Source of the DNA: Octopus sinensis
Lineage: Eukaryota
NCBI RefSeq assembly: GCF_006345805.1
Contig: NC_042997.1
Location: forward strand, 65,968,001 to 66,032,000
DNA: 64,000 nt
Direction: 5' to 3'
Part shown: positions 1 to 13,368 of the stretch, piece by piece
How positions within the stretch are numbered: the first letter of the stretch is position 1
Layout of the letters: the number at the start of each line of letters is the position of its first letter
Position numbers and translations under genes: made by a program
The notes under the pieces: generated by a model
Told to the model about the DNA's origin: nothing
The model's input: the letters and a program-made list of their open reading frames with translations, nothing else
The model's database searches: none

Positions 1-616
1 GGTTTCATAAGGAAAACAGAACTCAAAACACATAATGTGTATGTATGCATATACAAGAAAATGAGTTGACAAAGGAATAAATAATTATCTTGTGAATTTC
101 ATTGGCTTACAGCTGTTTTTGGCATAAGATGCATTGGACTCAGAATTGAGACCCTGAGTAATACTTAATAGCTGCAATAGAACCTTGAACATAAAGTGCA
201 ATATGAAATAAATTGCACTTCATCTTTGAGGCTTCAATGCAAATAGAGTTCATAAGATAATCATTTATTCCTTTGTCATCTCATTTTCTTACTAACACTC
301 TGTGTTTGACTAACGCTGTGTTCTGAAGCATATGTATATTGAGTTCTACACCAGGTTATTAGTTTTGCAATTTTATATCTCTGAAGAGCAGAAGCATTAT
401 CTATAAATGCTTATCAATATAGGATTTCATTATAGGGACAACTCTTCTGTGAAACGATTGTAAGATGCTTTAAATACTTAATTCAAAACTTTTAAACTGT
501 CATATACAGTATATATATTTATTTATATATTTTTAATACAACAATTATTGTTCACACGTGTATATCTTTCTGAGGAGTTTTGATATTGATTTCCTAATAT
601 TAATAATAATATATTA

Positions 617-660
<44 letters not shown>

Positions 661-2559
661 TATATAATCACTCGTATTAATATATAAATACTTTAATAGT
701 ATTAATACTTTGACACAATAGAACACTCAATATAAATTCAGTATATAATATTCTCATTGAATATATTTAACTAAAGATATAAATATATGAATTATTCAGG
801 TGGCTATTCCCAATTTACAATCAAAAGGTGCAAGTACAATCATCACTAAAGTGACTAAGGATGCAAGTCAGCACCAGCATTGCTAGGAATAAAACCTTTA
901 GTCATATTAGTAATGACTGTACTTATGTGTGTGTGTGTGTGTGTGTGTATGTATATATATATATATATATTATTATTATATGTAGAAAAATACAAACTGG
1001 GACAAGAACGCAAAACACTTAGAAGACGACACAAAAAACACGGACGGGACATTTGAAGCCCTCGATCTTCAGTCAAGAACTGGATCATCGTAGCAATTTC
1101 AGCTGATACCAGCAGATTAAATACTAGTATGCAAAATTCTTGGCCCTTGAGTCACTTTGTGACTTCTGACAATTAAATAATCAATTAAATAGAATATTAG
1201 TAATTCTTCATCATAAAGCAAAGAGGAAAACACTAAATCACCAGAACATAATGTATAACAGTATTCAATGCCGTCACTCTAAATTCTCATCTCAAATCCT
1301 ATCAAAATAAATTAGCTTGTTATCCCTTCTGAATGAGAGAAGGGAATATGATTAACAAAAATATGTACCAGAGATATACTGATCTAATTCAATCAAGTCA
1401 CTCATCTCCAACAAAAACTGGCCTTGATTTTAAATGAATGTAATCAATTGTGGGGGCTAATGCAATTTCGCAGTTCTCCTTGAAAAATGCATTTTTTGGA
1501 AAATATTTTTCAGATTTCTACGTTTTAGATGTCAAAGATTACGAATATGCAAAAAACATTTTACATGACCACACCTGCAAGTATGTGTATATATTGGAGA
1601 AGTTCATGAGTGTGTGAATGTGTGTGTGTGTGTGTGTATATACGCATGTGTACTTGCATGCACTTGTATGAGTGTATCAATAAACGATTTTTAAAAATAA
1701 TTAAAATTACTTGGATTGAATGAGGTGAAACTATAAACTTTTGAAGGAGAGAGAGTAAAAGAATGGAAATTCAAGTACATTGAAAGGTACATATTTAAGT
1801 TTCCATCTACCAAAACCATTCAGTCTGGGGTAATAACAGAAGAACCTTTGCTCATGCTGCCATGCAGAGGGACTGAACACAAAACTATTTGGTTGGAAAG
1901 CGAACTTCTTAACCACTTGGTTAATATTTAATGTGTTGGAATTTAAGAATCTATACAGAATCAGAAATATTCTTTATATGCCTTCTAGGGTACTCCTTCC
2001 TTGGGGTGGAACTGCACAATGTTTAGCAATGTCACATAGCATAAGAGGGTAGTACATTAATGACAATTCTAGGCAGCAGTTAATTACATTGTGTAACGAA
2101 ATTTTATTTTTTCTGTTGTGTCTTTGGTCAGTAAGTGTTATTTCCTGTTTGCTTCTGTCTAGAAATCAAAGGAAATGACTACTACTCCCTACAACCTTTG
2201 CTTTTGTGACCTAGACTCAATGTTTTGAAACTCAACTATTCCCATTACATTTCAGACAGATTCAATGCTGAGTTGTTGAAGCAGAAATATTGCTATAGCA
2301 AATATTCTGTTCAGTACCATAGATTTGCTTGTCAGTTGCTTGACCTTAACAACTCGAGCATATCCCTTAGTGGCTGACAATATGTACATCTCTGACAATG
2401 AGCAGGTGAGAGAGTGTCATATCCATGTGTTGAGAGAGATTGTTTGAGATTTGAATAAATGTAACAAAAGCAAAGTTTGAAGGAAATAACAGTAGCTACT
2501 CAAGGACAAAAATCATGCTATGCAGTGTTAGGAGTGCAATGTCTTTGAAAGGGTAAAGG

Positions 2560-2790
2560 GTAAAGACCCCTTCGGTCATGAATGACCATGGGATTGCATC
2601 TAGAAAGTTACCCTCCTAGACACAAGTTCGGGCAAGGTTGTTTATGGAAGACCAGCAGTTGCCCATGCATACCAGCCTCGCCTCTCCACGCCACCAGTGT
2701 TATCCAAGGGAAAGACAAAGGCCGATACAGCTTGGCACCTGTGACGTCGCAACTCATTTCTACAGTTGAGTGAACTGGAGCAACGTGAAA
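2560..2790 (-). mobile_element. Partial SINE, same family as 25150-25491, lacking the tRNA head
   Basis: Near-identical to 25150-25380 (aaggtaaagaccccttcggtcatgaatgaccatgggattgc...). Confidence 0.8.
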
Positions 2791-3111
2791 GACATGTAAT
2801 AGAATCAACATTTTTGGTTGAGACACACCCTGACTAAAGATGAAACTTTGGTGTCTATCATACAAGCCAAAGAACATGAAGCTTTTATGTAATCACTGAC
2901 CCTCAAAAAAATCATCAATTTTCCTTCAAATCACATTCTACCTTCTCTTATTAAAAAGGTAAGACAATTTGGATAAAGTATGTTTCACAAAATGACAGGA
3001 TGATCACAGCTGGAACAACTTTCATCATATGCCTGCATAGTCAGGACAGCTCTGGGGTTAAACAACAACAAAAGTTACTCTAACAAATGTGGTATCAAAA
3101 TGCTTGCTTAC

Positions 3112-3188
3112 CTGTAAGAGGCTGTAAACCACTGTCTGTTATTAAACTACATGAGTTGAGACTCAGGTGTACTAAGTTGGTATGCATC
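3112..3188 (-). CDS. Exon F (last in window) of an LRR-containing gene: (R)MHTNLVHLSLNSCSLITDSGLQPLT
   Basis: Acceptor ...tttacatctccacag and donor gtaagc. 77 nt, phase 2 to phase 1, joins exon E in frame (AG|G = Arg). LxxLxLxxCxxITDxGL is a cysteine-containing (AMN1/FBXL-type) LRR. Confidence 0.92.
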
Positions 3189-3265
3189 CTGTGGAGATGT
3201 AAACACACAAAATGAAAACAGAAAAATTAACTGAATTTTCAAAATTCAGAATCAAAACAAATAAC

Positions 3266-3319
<54 letters not shown>

Positions 3320-3324
<5 letters not shown>

Positions 3325-4170
3325 GTTTCAAATTTTTCCACAAGGGCAGCAGTTTTGAGGGAGGCGATGAGTCGATTACATCAACCCTGTATTCAACTGG
3401 TAGTTAATTTATCGATCCCGAAAGGATGACAGGCAAAGTCAACCTCAGTGGAATCTGAACTCAGAATGGAGTGACGGGCAAAATACCACTAAGTATTTCA
3501 TCCAGCGAGCCAATGATTCTGTCAGCTCGCCACCAAATAGTGATAATAATAATAACCCTTTCTACGATAGGCACAAGGCACAATTTTTTTTTTGGGGGGG
3601 TGGATAGTCAATTAAATCAACACAAGTGTTTCATTGGTACTTATTTTACTGACCCTGAAAGGATGAAAGGCAAAGTTGACCTCAGTGGAATTTGAACTCA
3701 GAACATAGCGACAGGCAAAATACCTATTTCTTTATTACCCACAAGGGGCTAAACACAGAGGGGACAAACAAGGACAGACATATGTATTAAGTCAATTACA
3801 TCGACCCCTGTGCGTAGCTGGTACTTAATTTATCGACCCCGAAAGGATGAAAGGCAAAGTCAACTTCGGCGGAATTTGAACTCAGAACGTAGGGACAGGC
3901 AAAATACCGCTAAGCATTTTGTCCAGCATGCTAATGAATCTGCCAGCTCTAGTGATAATAATAATAACGATTTCAAATTTTGACACAAGGCCAGTAACTT
4001 TGAGGAGGAGGTAAGTCAATTGCTTCAACCCCAGTACTCAACTGGTACTTATTTTACTGCCCATGAAAGGATGAAAGGCAAAGTCAACCTGAGTAGAATT
4101 TTAATACAGAACATGAAAACAAATGAAATGCCACTAAGCATTTTGCCCAGTATGCTAACAATTCTGCCAG
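3320..4170 (-). mobile_element. Head-to-tail array of about 4 tRNA-derived SINEs with a Nin/Deu-like central domain and (ATT)n tails
   Basis: Repeated gaaaggatgaaaggcaaagtcaacctc..gaatttgaactcagaa core (reverse of a B-box-like gagttcaaattcc plus tttcatcctttcggggtcgataaattaagtacc). Copies are partly separated by short TAA tracts. Confidence 0.8.
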
Positions 4171-4429
4171 CTTTTCGAAGATGATGATGATGATTCCACA
4201 AGGGCAACAAATGAAGAAATTATAAAAATGCACATAAAGTGGTGGTGGGATACATAGAAAATCGAATGAGTAACAGAAAATATTAAAACAGCATGAAATA
4301 TAAATATACATCATCATCATCATCATCATTTAACGTCCGTTTTCCATGCTAGCATGGGTTGGGCTATAATGACAATTATGCAGTTCTATTTATAAGGAAG
4401 ACATTCATCTGATAATAATAATAACAACA

Positions 4430-5860
4430 ACAACTTCACCATAGACAGTGCACATATTTACCAAAGAAATAAATAAAAGATTCTGCTTAGAAAAATGTAC
4501 CAAAGCAACCTTGAAAAGTGGGAAGCTAATTAAGAACAACAATATTGCACTAGATTAGGAAAATGAAATATACAAACTGGACCAAACTCAAGCAAACAAA
4601 TACTTAGGAATGAATGAACTAGGTAGGGTACAACATTCACAAATGAATGAAAAGATAAGGAACAAACATTACAGATGAATGAGATAAATACTTAAAACAC
4701 AGCTAAGTGCCAAAAATAAGATAGTAGGCATCAATACTGTAGCTGTCCCAGTTCTGAGCTATAGATACCATATTCTTAACTGGACACTAAATGAACTCAT
4801 ATACACCACCCAAAATCTGACATAAAAAGGTTATATATACAATGAAATGAAGGTAGTTGAGGTCTTACTAGAACTAGAAAACTATTATAGAAAGAGAGCT
4901 AAAGAAACATCTAACTCAATATCAAGAAAAACTGATACAAATAACTACAAAGCATGAGCAAAACAAAAAACAGCTGTCTGTCTTCAAGGAAGCTGCAAAA
5001 TACAAGAAAAAGGACAAAATACCCAAACAAATATGAAGAAAAAGAAGAAAGAGCAAAAGCTGTAAAGCAGCTAAAATTTAAGCTAAAGTTGGAACTACAA
5101 AATGTCATGATAAAATGATAGCAAATACAGGGATAAGCTAAATAGAAAAGAAACCAAGTTAAATCCCAAAACTGGTTGAGAAGCTTGGGACTCAAAGCAG
5201 AGACTGAAAGGTTCATAATTGTAACACAAAGTCAAAATCTTCTCAATCAGAAAGATATATAATGAAGCAGAATACAATAAGTAACTGCAGAATATGTGAT
5301 GATGGGTAAGAAACAAATAAATTATATTGTCTCTGGTTGACCACCCTTGAATTAGAAAGATATATTCACAGACGTGGCAGAGTCAGGACTTACATACACT
5401 GGATGTCATGCTAGCATGATGAAATAACAGCAGAAAAAAAGGAGTATAAGTATACCCACCAAAAAGTCTCAGAAAATAACAAAGTAACCATACTCTGGGA
5501 TATGCCAATACACTCTGATAGACAGAACAAAACTAATCATCCAGATATTGTTGTCAAGGAATACCAAGAAAAAGAAAATGACATATTAGACCCAACAGAT
5601 GACAATGTATCTCTAAAAGAAATGGAGAAACTCTCAAAAAATAAAGACCTAGAAATACAGATAACCCAGATGTGGAACCTGAAGACAGAAACAATTTCAC
5701 TATAGTAATAAGCACTTCAGTTTTTGCCAAAAAATATACACACAAGTACATAAAAAAATGGCACTTTTAGACATTGCATACATTTCAATACAATAAAAAT
5801 AATAATGCCAAACAAATTACTACATATACCCAAGACACACAAAGCTGTTCTTGGTAGTGC
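4430..5860 (+). mobile_element. Decayed R4/Dong-clade (RLE-type) non-LTR retrotransposon, 3' part
   Basis: Frame fragments KIVGINTVAVPVLSYRYHILNWTLNEL (post-RT) and WDMPIHSDRQNKTNHPDIVVK (RLE PD-motif region). Many stops and frameshifts; followed by (TAA)n. Confidence 0.8.
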
Positions 5861-5959
5861 AGTGAAAGCAAGTATTCAAAATAAGAGTACAGAATAGTAA
5901 TAATAATAACAATAAAAATATTAATAATAATAGTAACAATAATAATAATGATAATGATA

Positions 5960-5990
<31 letters not shown>

Positions 5991-6242
5991 TATTAATAAT
6001 AATCCTTTGTACTATAGGCACAAGGCCTGGGTTTTGTGGGGAATGGGACAGTTGATCACATTGACCACAGTACTCTACTGGCATTTAATTTATCAAACCC
6101 AAAAGGATGAAAGGCAAAGTCGAGCTCGGCAGACTTTGAGCTCAGATCATAGTGGCAACTGAAATACTGCTAAGCATTTCCCTCAGCATGGTAATGATTC
6201 TGCCAGCTTGCTGCCATAATAATAATAATAATAAAAATAATA

Positions 6243-7060
6243 AACTGCTCTGCTGGGGACAGCTAGGATTTTGAGATTGGTGCTTGGGTGTTGAATGTCT
6301 TCCAAGATAATTAACAACAAATTATCAAAGCTTATAATTTGTAGAAAGGGACCCTGTGAGAGCTCTGAAAACAGGTCGCTGTCTGCTCTCACAGAATCAA
6401 TCAGAGCAAACAAAACCGAGCGCTCTGAGAAGTAAAACAATAATGGTAATAACGAACAGTTTCTTCACATGGGGAATTTAGCCAGTATTAGGAAATAAGC
6501 ACAGAAAAGAAATGGTTACAAACAGGTTACAAAAAGGTCTGTCTAAAAGGCTGATAATGTAATTATATTCTATGACATGCCGATCCATGCAGACAGGTAG
6601 ATTAAGGCAAATCCTTCACATATTTTTGTTAAACACAAGTAGCGAAAACAACTTTTAATCGAAGTAACAGTCTTAAACAGACACTGCAACAATAAAATAA
6701 ATTAAGAAACTATTAAAATGTAAAAATGTGGAAATAAAGATAATGAGGGTATTAACGTGGGGGGGGGGGGGTAATTAAAGAAAAAAAGCGCAGACACAAT
6801 TTCTATAATAGCAAGTGCCTTGGGAACAATATATCAAAAAAATAGTGCATGTACAAATGAATACAGAACTAACCCCACCATCCTCCAACACCTGCTAACA
6901 AAACTTTGCGTACATAAATATGAAGGTTAAAACACCACCAGGCACAGCACAAATATTGCAGAGAGTACTGTCAGTGCAACAGACAAAAAAAAGAAATGAA
7001 AAAGAAACAAATACAAAACAAAGCTTTATGCATGCCTCAAAGGTAAGAAGTGAACTATGG
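6243..7060 (+). mobile_element. Further R4/Dong-like RLE 3' fragments
   Basis: ALLGTARILRLVLGC* at 6246-6295; FYDMPIHADR*IKANP near 6565; GTAQILQRVLS near 6940. Confidence 0.65.
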
Positions 7061-7117
7061 TGCAGTGAAAAACTGCAATAAAAAGAGTGTGAATACTGAC
7101 ATCATCATCATCATAAT

Positions 7118-7342
7118 ATTTATAATAATAATAAGAAGAATAATAATAATAATAATAATATTAATAATAATAGCAGTGTTGGCGAGGAGGAGGAGGAGGA
7201 GGAGGAGGAGGAGAACAACAAACAACAACACAACAACAACAACAACAACAACAACAACACAACAACAACAACAACCAACAACAACAACAACAACAACAAC
7301 AACACACAACAACAACAACAACCACAACAACAACAACAACAC

Positions 7343-7405
<63 letters not shown>

Positions 7406-7490
7406 CAACAACAACAACAACAACAACAACACAACAACAACAACAACAACAACAAACAACAACAACAACACACAACAACAACAACAACAA
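7118..7490. repeat. Compound microsatellite (TAA)n-(GAG)n-(CAA)n with CACAA interruptions
   Basis: Seen directly; it produces the poly-Q/T/N/C/V pseudo-ORFs in the track. Confidence 0.95.
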
Positions 7491-7989
7491 CTGTGCTGCT
7501 GTGATTGTGTCAGCAACAGTATGCTGAAATTAATTCTGATGAGATTCACCTTAAGATTTCTGATAAATCAATGGATTAATAGCTGTCTGTAAGAATGCAT
7601 AACTCCAAGCTCAATGTTTCCATTGATTATATTGAAAGCTGGGTGAATGTTGTGGAAATGGCAAGAGTGGATGGTACTGCTCAAAGTATAGACCAGTTGA
7701 GTTGGAGAACAGGAATTGGAGAAGGCACTTGCCCTTGGTGATCAGTGAGATCTTGGATAGTGAGGTTTCATGATTATCCCTATTATCAAATCGTTATTAC
7801 AATTTTGCTTTTCATTTTTTTTTACTGATGTATACTTTTATATTTCATTTGTTTTTCATAGACTGTGGCCATGCTGTTGCATAGCATTGAAGAATATCGT
7901 TTTTTAGTCCAATGAATCAACCCCAGTACTTTTTTTAAGGCCTGGTACTTCTTATTCTATCAGTCTCTTTTGCCAAACTGCTAAGTTAT

Positions 7990-8198
7990 TGTTACTGAGT
8001 TGGCAGAATCACTTGCATAGCAGGTAAACTGCTTAGAAGCATTTCGTCTGTCCTTATGTTCTGAGTTCAAAGTCCAATGAGGTTGACTTTGCCTTTCATC
8101 CTTTCAAGGCTGATAAAATAAGTACCAGTTGTGCACGATGGGGGGGGGATTGACTACCTCCTCCTCGAAATTGCAGGCCTTGCACCAAAATTTGAAAC

Positions 8199-8253
<55 letters not shown>

Positions 8254-8257
8254 GTTA

Positions 8258-8294
<37 letters not shown>

Positions 8295-8650
8295 GACAGT
8301 GAGTTGGCAGAATCATTAGCAGACCAGAAAAAGTACTTAGTCGCATATCTTCTGGCTTTACATAGCAAGTTCAAATTACACTGAGGTCAAATTTAGCTTT
8401 CATCCTTTTGGAGTCGATAAAAATAAACACCTCGCACCCCAAAGTTCAGCTTGTGCCTATTGCAGAAAGGATTATTATTATTTTTATTCTTAAGGTGAGA
8501 AGCTGACAGGATTATTAATGCACTGGACAAAATGCTTGGAAACATTTCATCTGTCTTTATGTTCTGAGTTCAAATCCTGCTGAAGTCGATTTTGCCTTTT
8601 ATCCTTTCAGGTCATTAAATAAGTACCAGTTGAGCATTGGAGTCAATGCA
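7990..8650 (+). mobile_element. Array of about 3 Nin/Deu-like SINE copies in + orientation
   Basis: gagttggcagaatc...ttctgagttcaaa...gactttgcctttcatcctttc core repeated, with an ATT tail. Other copies lie at 6005-6215, 11255-11705, 32030-32705, 37420-37870, 42060-42590, 43560-43780, 57070-57300 and 59340-59520. Confidence 0.8.
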
Positions 8651-8654
8651 ATTG

Positions 8655-8886
8655 TTTAACCCTTTCGTTACTGTATTTATTTTAAGATGTTCTGTGCTTC
8701 TTTCAATTACTCTAAGTATAACAAAGTATTTAGTAAAATATCTTAGTTATAATTAAGCTAGGGTTAGGAACATAAATTGTGACTAAAGGTTTGGTGGAAG
8801 ATTTTAATTCAGAACTTTTGATAACAAGACATTTGTACTACAAAGCCAGAGCCAGTTTCAGCCGGGTTGGTAACAAAGGGGTTAAA
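8655..8886. mobile_element. piggyBac-like MITE (TTAA-CCCTTT...AAGGGG-TTAA)
   Basis: Starts ttaaccctttcgttac and ends gtaacaaaggggttaa. Similar TTAA-CCC ends occur at about 30943-31166, 36200-36447, 37215-37393 and 59868-60092. Confidence 0.65.
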
Positions 8887-11223
8887 CCCCTCTCCTCCAA
8901 TGTCATACCTGGTGCCTATAGTGAAAAGAATTATTATTTGGACAACATGCATTGATTAAACAGAAAATCTTTCAGCCTTGTCCTCCAAATGTACAATCAG
9001 AAATGTGTATTTATATGTATGTGTATTTTCTATTCCCTTCATCACATTATATGTATCTTTGTGACTTTGCCTATATGTGCATGTATCTGTGTGTTGTTGA
9101 TTTTTAACACCAAGGTTAGATCTGATAAGGTAGATCTGTGGTTAAAGGTGTTCCAGTTTCCAGATGTGACCAAATAATCTGTATATCAGGGAGTATATTA
9201 TTTAATGTGTCCTTCCTTTTTATCTTTTAGATAGTGGTGTGTGATTTGAGGAATATTTGGCTGCTACTTCTAGCTGATCGAGCAATCATGTAGCATTTTT
9301 GTTAATAGCTTGTGTGTGTATGTGTATGTGAAAAAAAAACAGAGAGAAAAGTGATAGATGCCAGGGTTAAGAACTTCCAGGTCATGTGTGTTAGTGCATG
9401 TGTGTGTGTGTGTGTGTGTAAAATTTGTCTGCATGCGTGTGAGTGTTCTTGTGCATTTGAGTGTGGCTGCACTTGTATTTGTGAACATCTGTCTGTGTTT
9501 GTGTGTGTGTGTGTGTGTGGTTCTGTAAAAATGTTATGTGCATGTATGTGCATCTGTATATGTGTATTACATGCATGCGTGTCTATGTGTAAAAATATGT
9601 GTTGCATGTGTGTCTGTCTGTCTGTCTGTCAGTGTGTGTGTGTGTGTGTGTGTGAATCTGTGTATGTGCCCATTTGTGCCTATGTGTTAATGTCAGCATG
9701 GATATATGTGTAAGTATGTTATTTTACTTCGCTCTATTACATCGGGTTATTCCAATTAGTTGTTCAATTTATTTTAACCATCATGGCTGTTGGCAGAAGA
9801 CAATAATAATAATAATTATTATTATTATTATTGTTATTATTATCATGATTATTAATTGTTTTCTTTTTCTTTTGTCTGTTTCTATTTAATATTCTTTATA
9901 AAAGCACAAATTGACAGACAAGCAGAAATAAAAAAAAAAGGAAGGAATGAAGAAAGAGAATAAAATAAGGATGGTGACTTTGGTGAATAATGCATATGTT
10001 AGTGGTTGTGATGATAATGATGGGCATGATGGTGATGGTGGTGGTGGTGGTGCCACTGCTGCTGCTGATATGGAGCTAGATGAGGTGGTAGTCATGGTAG
10101 TGATGAGGATGGCAATGGCTGTGATGGTGACTTTGGTGAATAATAAATGTTAATAGTGGTGGTGGTGGTGGTGTGGTGGCGGTAGTGATGGTGGTCGTTG
10201 TGGTGGTGATAAATGAAAAGACAAGGGTGATAATTAAAATTTGTTTGGCATTATTATTTTTATTGTATTGAAATGTATGCAATGTCTAGAAGTGCCATTT
10301 TTTTTTATATCAATGACATATTAGACCCAACAGATGACAATGTATCACTAAAAGAAATGGAGAAACTCTCAAAAAATAAAGACCTAGAAATACAGATAAC
10401 CCAGATGTGGAACCTGAAGACAGAAACAATTTCACTATAGTAATAAGCACTTCAGTTTTTGCCAAAAAACGACAATGACTAACTGGTAATGATGATGATA
10501 CTGATAATGGCCGTGATGATGATGATGATGAAGCTACAAGATATTGATGGTAACCACACCCACATTACAGTGTGATGTCATTATTGACTTATTTTAGCCC
10601 TTGGTCTTACTAATCAAGCAAGCCTATGATTACAGGTGCTTCCAGCAATGACTGACCACAGTGGTCTTTTCCTTTTCAGACAAGGTACCCTAGGACGAAG
10701 GGGTCCTATCTAAAGCATGCCGCTTTGTTTTAAGAAAGTAATATGTGAGCTAAAGGAAATTCAGCTACCACTTTTCAAAGCTCAACTGACCACTTGTAGA
10801 TTCCCATGTTGAATTAGTGAGTGTGCATGGTGTTGTTGGACAACATTATACAATACATGTATCCTTTTCTGAAGGGAGCAGAATTTGTATTTGTTTTGCA
10901 AGATTCTTGATGTGAAATCATGTGTTGAAACAAATATCATTATACTTGGGAATGGTCATATTTTGCCAATTAAACACATGTACTATATATTTGGTCTTCA
11001 CTTCAGCTTTATTATTATTATTATTATTATTATTTTAGTGAATTTTATCCAAACTCTTTCGTCACACATCCTGTGACCTCTTCAGTGACCCTTTATCCCA
11101 TGTGTCTCCTCCTGCTCTGCTTAAAGAGTCACTGAAGAACTTCAAGCTGAAGATAAAACGTCATTGAAAAGCTCACAGGATGTGTGATGAAAGAGCTTCG
11201 ACAAAGAAACAAAGGAAATATTG

Positions 11224-11258
<35 letters not shown>

Positions 11259-11704
11259 CCTTTCTACTATAGGTAAAAGGCCTGAAATTTGTGGGAAGAG
11301 GACTAATCAATTATATCAACCCTAATGTTTCACTAGTATTTAATTTATTGACTTCGAAAGGCAAAGTCAACCTTGGCAGACTTTGAACTCAGAATGTGAA
11401 GATAGATGAAACACCACTAAGCATTTCACCTAGCATACTAATGATTTTGCTAACTCGCCACCTTAATAATAATTATTTCAATATTTGTTGGGTTTTTTTT
11501 TTTTGCTACAAGGGCAGCTTGGGGGAGGTGGGGATGAGTCATTCACATCAACTCCAATGTTCAACTGGTACTTATTTTATCGACCCAAAAAATATGAAAG
11601 GCAAGGTCAAACTCAGTGGAACTTGAGTTCAGAAAGTAGCGACAGGCGAAATACTATCAAGCAATTTTCATCCAGCATGCTAACGATTTTGCCAGCTTGC
11701 CACC

Positions 11705-11736
<32 letters not shown>

Positions 11737-12615
11737 GAGGAGGAGGGGCGGGAGGAGGAGGAGGGGAGGGGCGGGAGGAGGAGGAGGGGAGGGGCGGGAG
11801 GAGAGGAGGAGGACCAAGTAAAAACCAAACATATAGTGCATGTGTTTAATTGGCAAAATATGACCACTCCCAAGCAGAGTATGAGTTCAGGGATACTGAG
11901 AAGCTACTTCTATCAGATAAGTTGTCATATTGAAGCTCCTACATTGCATGAACTTGTGTTGTTGCTTTTGTTGTTGTTGCTGCCATTGGTGGTAGTGGTA
12001 GTGTTATTTAATCTTAGTCAAACCTTGAATGAGAAGACCTATGATCAAAGGCATTCCAGCCATGAACATCCCATATTTTCTCCTTTACAGTGTATCTAAG
12101 ATGATATTATTCAATATATTTTTTTTTCCTCTTAAGATGGTATGGTATGATAAAATGTAAAACTTGTTGCTATTACTGGCATTGTGACCCTACAGAAGCT
12201 CCCTTATTTGACTGACACCTTTACCTTTCTCTCTATGTCTACCAGTATTTATCTTTTCTAGCCTGTGTTCACTTTTGCCAAATTACATTCATTATCCAGT
12301 GTATCCTTCAATTTTCAGACAGATGGCAGATATCTCAGGAGTATTTAGCTTCTGTTTCTAATTAGACATTCCCATGCTGTTCATTTATTTATTTGTTGGT
12401 GGCGTTGCTATCATTGAATATGATGATGATGATAGCAACAGATGTATCAGTGAAGATAATGGCTGTAGTAGTTGTGATGAGGGTGGTGGTTGTTGTTGTT
12501 GGTGGTAGCAGTGGTGGTGGTGATAAAAGTACAAAACTAATAAGCAAGCAAGCAATTTGATAAGATACTGATCAGACTGATGAGATGAAACAAGTGTAAT
12601 CAAGAGAACACATAC

Positions 12616-12681
12616 CTTATTTCATATAATAATTCATTAGTGACATATGCATAGGAGTCAAAACACAATTTCTGCAGTTGA
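12616..12681 (-). CDS. Exon E of the same gene: (C)QLQKLCFDSYAYVTNELLYEI(R)
   Basis: Acceptor tttttctttcatctcttttgcag and donor gtatgt. 66 nt, phase 2-2, open frame, LRR-like LxxLxF...VTNELL. Confidence 0.9.
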
Positions 12682-13026
12682 CTGCAAAAGAGATGAAAGA
12701 AAAACAGGAGACATTTTAAAAGAAGATATACATTTATGATGAATGGAGGAATTTCAAAGACCACATGTGAAACTAAAACATTGATTAGTACGTTCGTTTG
12801 AAATATATGTACATCATTAACATCACCATTATCATCAACATAGTCATTTTAATGTCCACTTTACTATACTTAAATGGTTCAGTCAGAATTCATTGAGGAA
12901 GATTTTCTACAACCTGATGCTCTTCCTGTCTTCAACCTTCACTGATTTCCATGCTAAGTTTTATTTTCCCATGACTGATCAGGTGTGTTTCCACAGAAAA
13001 CTGTATACAAATAATACCTCTTTGGT

Positions 13027-13368
13027 CAGTGGTTCTCAGTTGGGGTCCATATGACCCCTGAGGGTCCATATAAAATTTTGTGGAGTCCACACAAACAAAA
13101 TAGTAAACTACAGACCCACAGTAGACTATTAAGGGTCCATGAAATATATTTTATATTAGATGTATTTATCGCAAGAAACAGCTCAGTCTTTTTGTGTAAC
13201 GTTTCACAAAGTTCAACCTGCATAAGTTAAGGGGGAAAGCAAAATAGGGATTTTGAAGGGAGTATCTATATAAAATTAGTTTTTAAACATTGAATGGCTA
13301 TGGGGATCCACCAGAATAAAATACTAATCAAAAGGAATCCATAGGTAAAGAATAGTTAAGAACCACTG
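13027..13368. mobile_element. hAT (Charlie-like) MITE
   Basis: TIRs cagtggttctca.../...aagaaccactg; degenerate 8-bp TSD tctttggt/gctttgat; same family as 44538-44883. Confidence 0.75.

Noticed and set aside
1000-1100. Minus-strand ctgaagatcgagggcttcaaatgtc, as a hammerhead
   Set aside because: GAAA is replaced by CAAA and stems I and II do not pair; at best a decayed repeat.
7050-7592. 180-aa poly-I/R/T/Q/N ORF and the many YI/CV/HT-repeat ORFs in the track
   Set aside because: They are translations of microsatellites and are open on both strands because the repeats lack stop codons.
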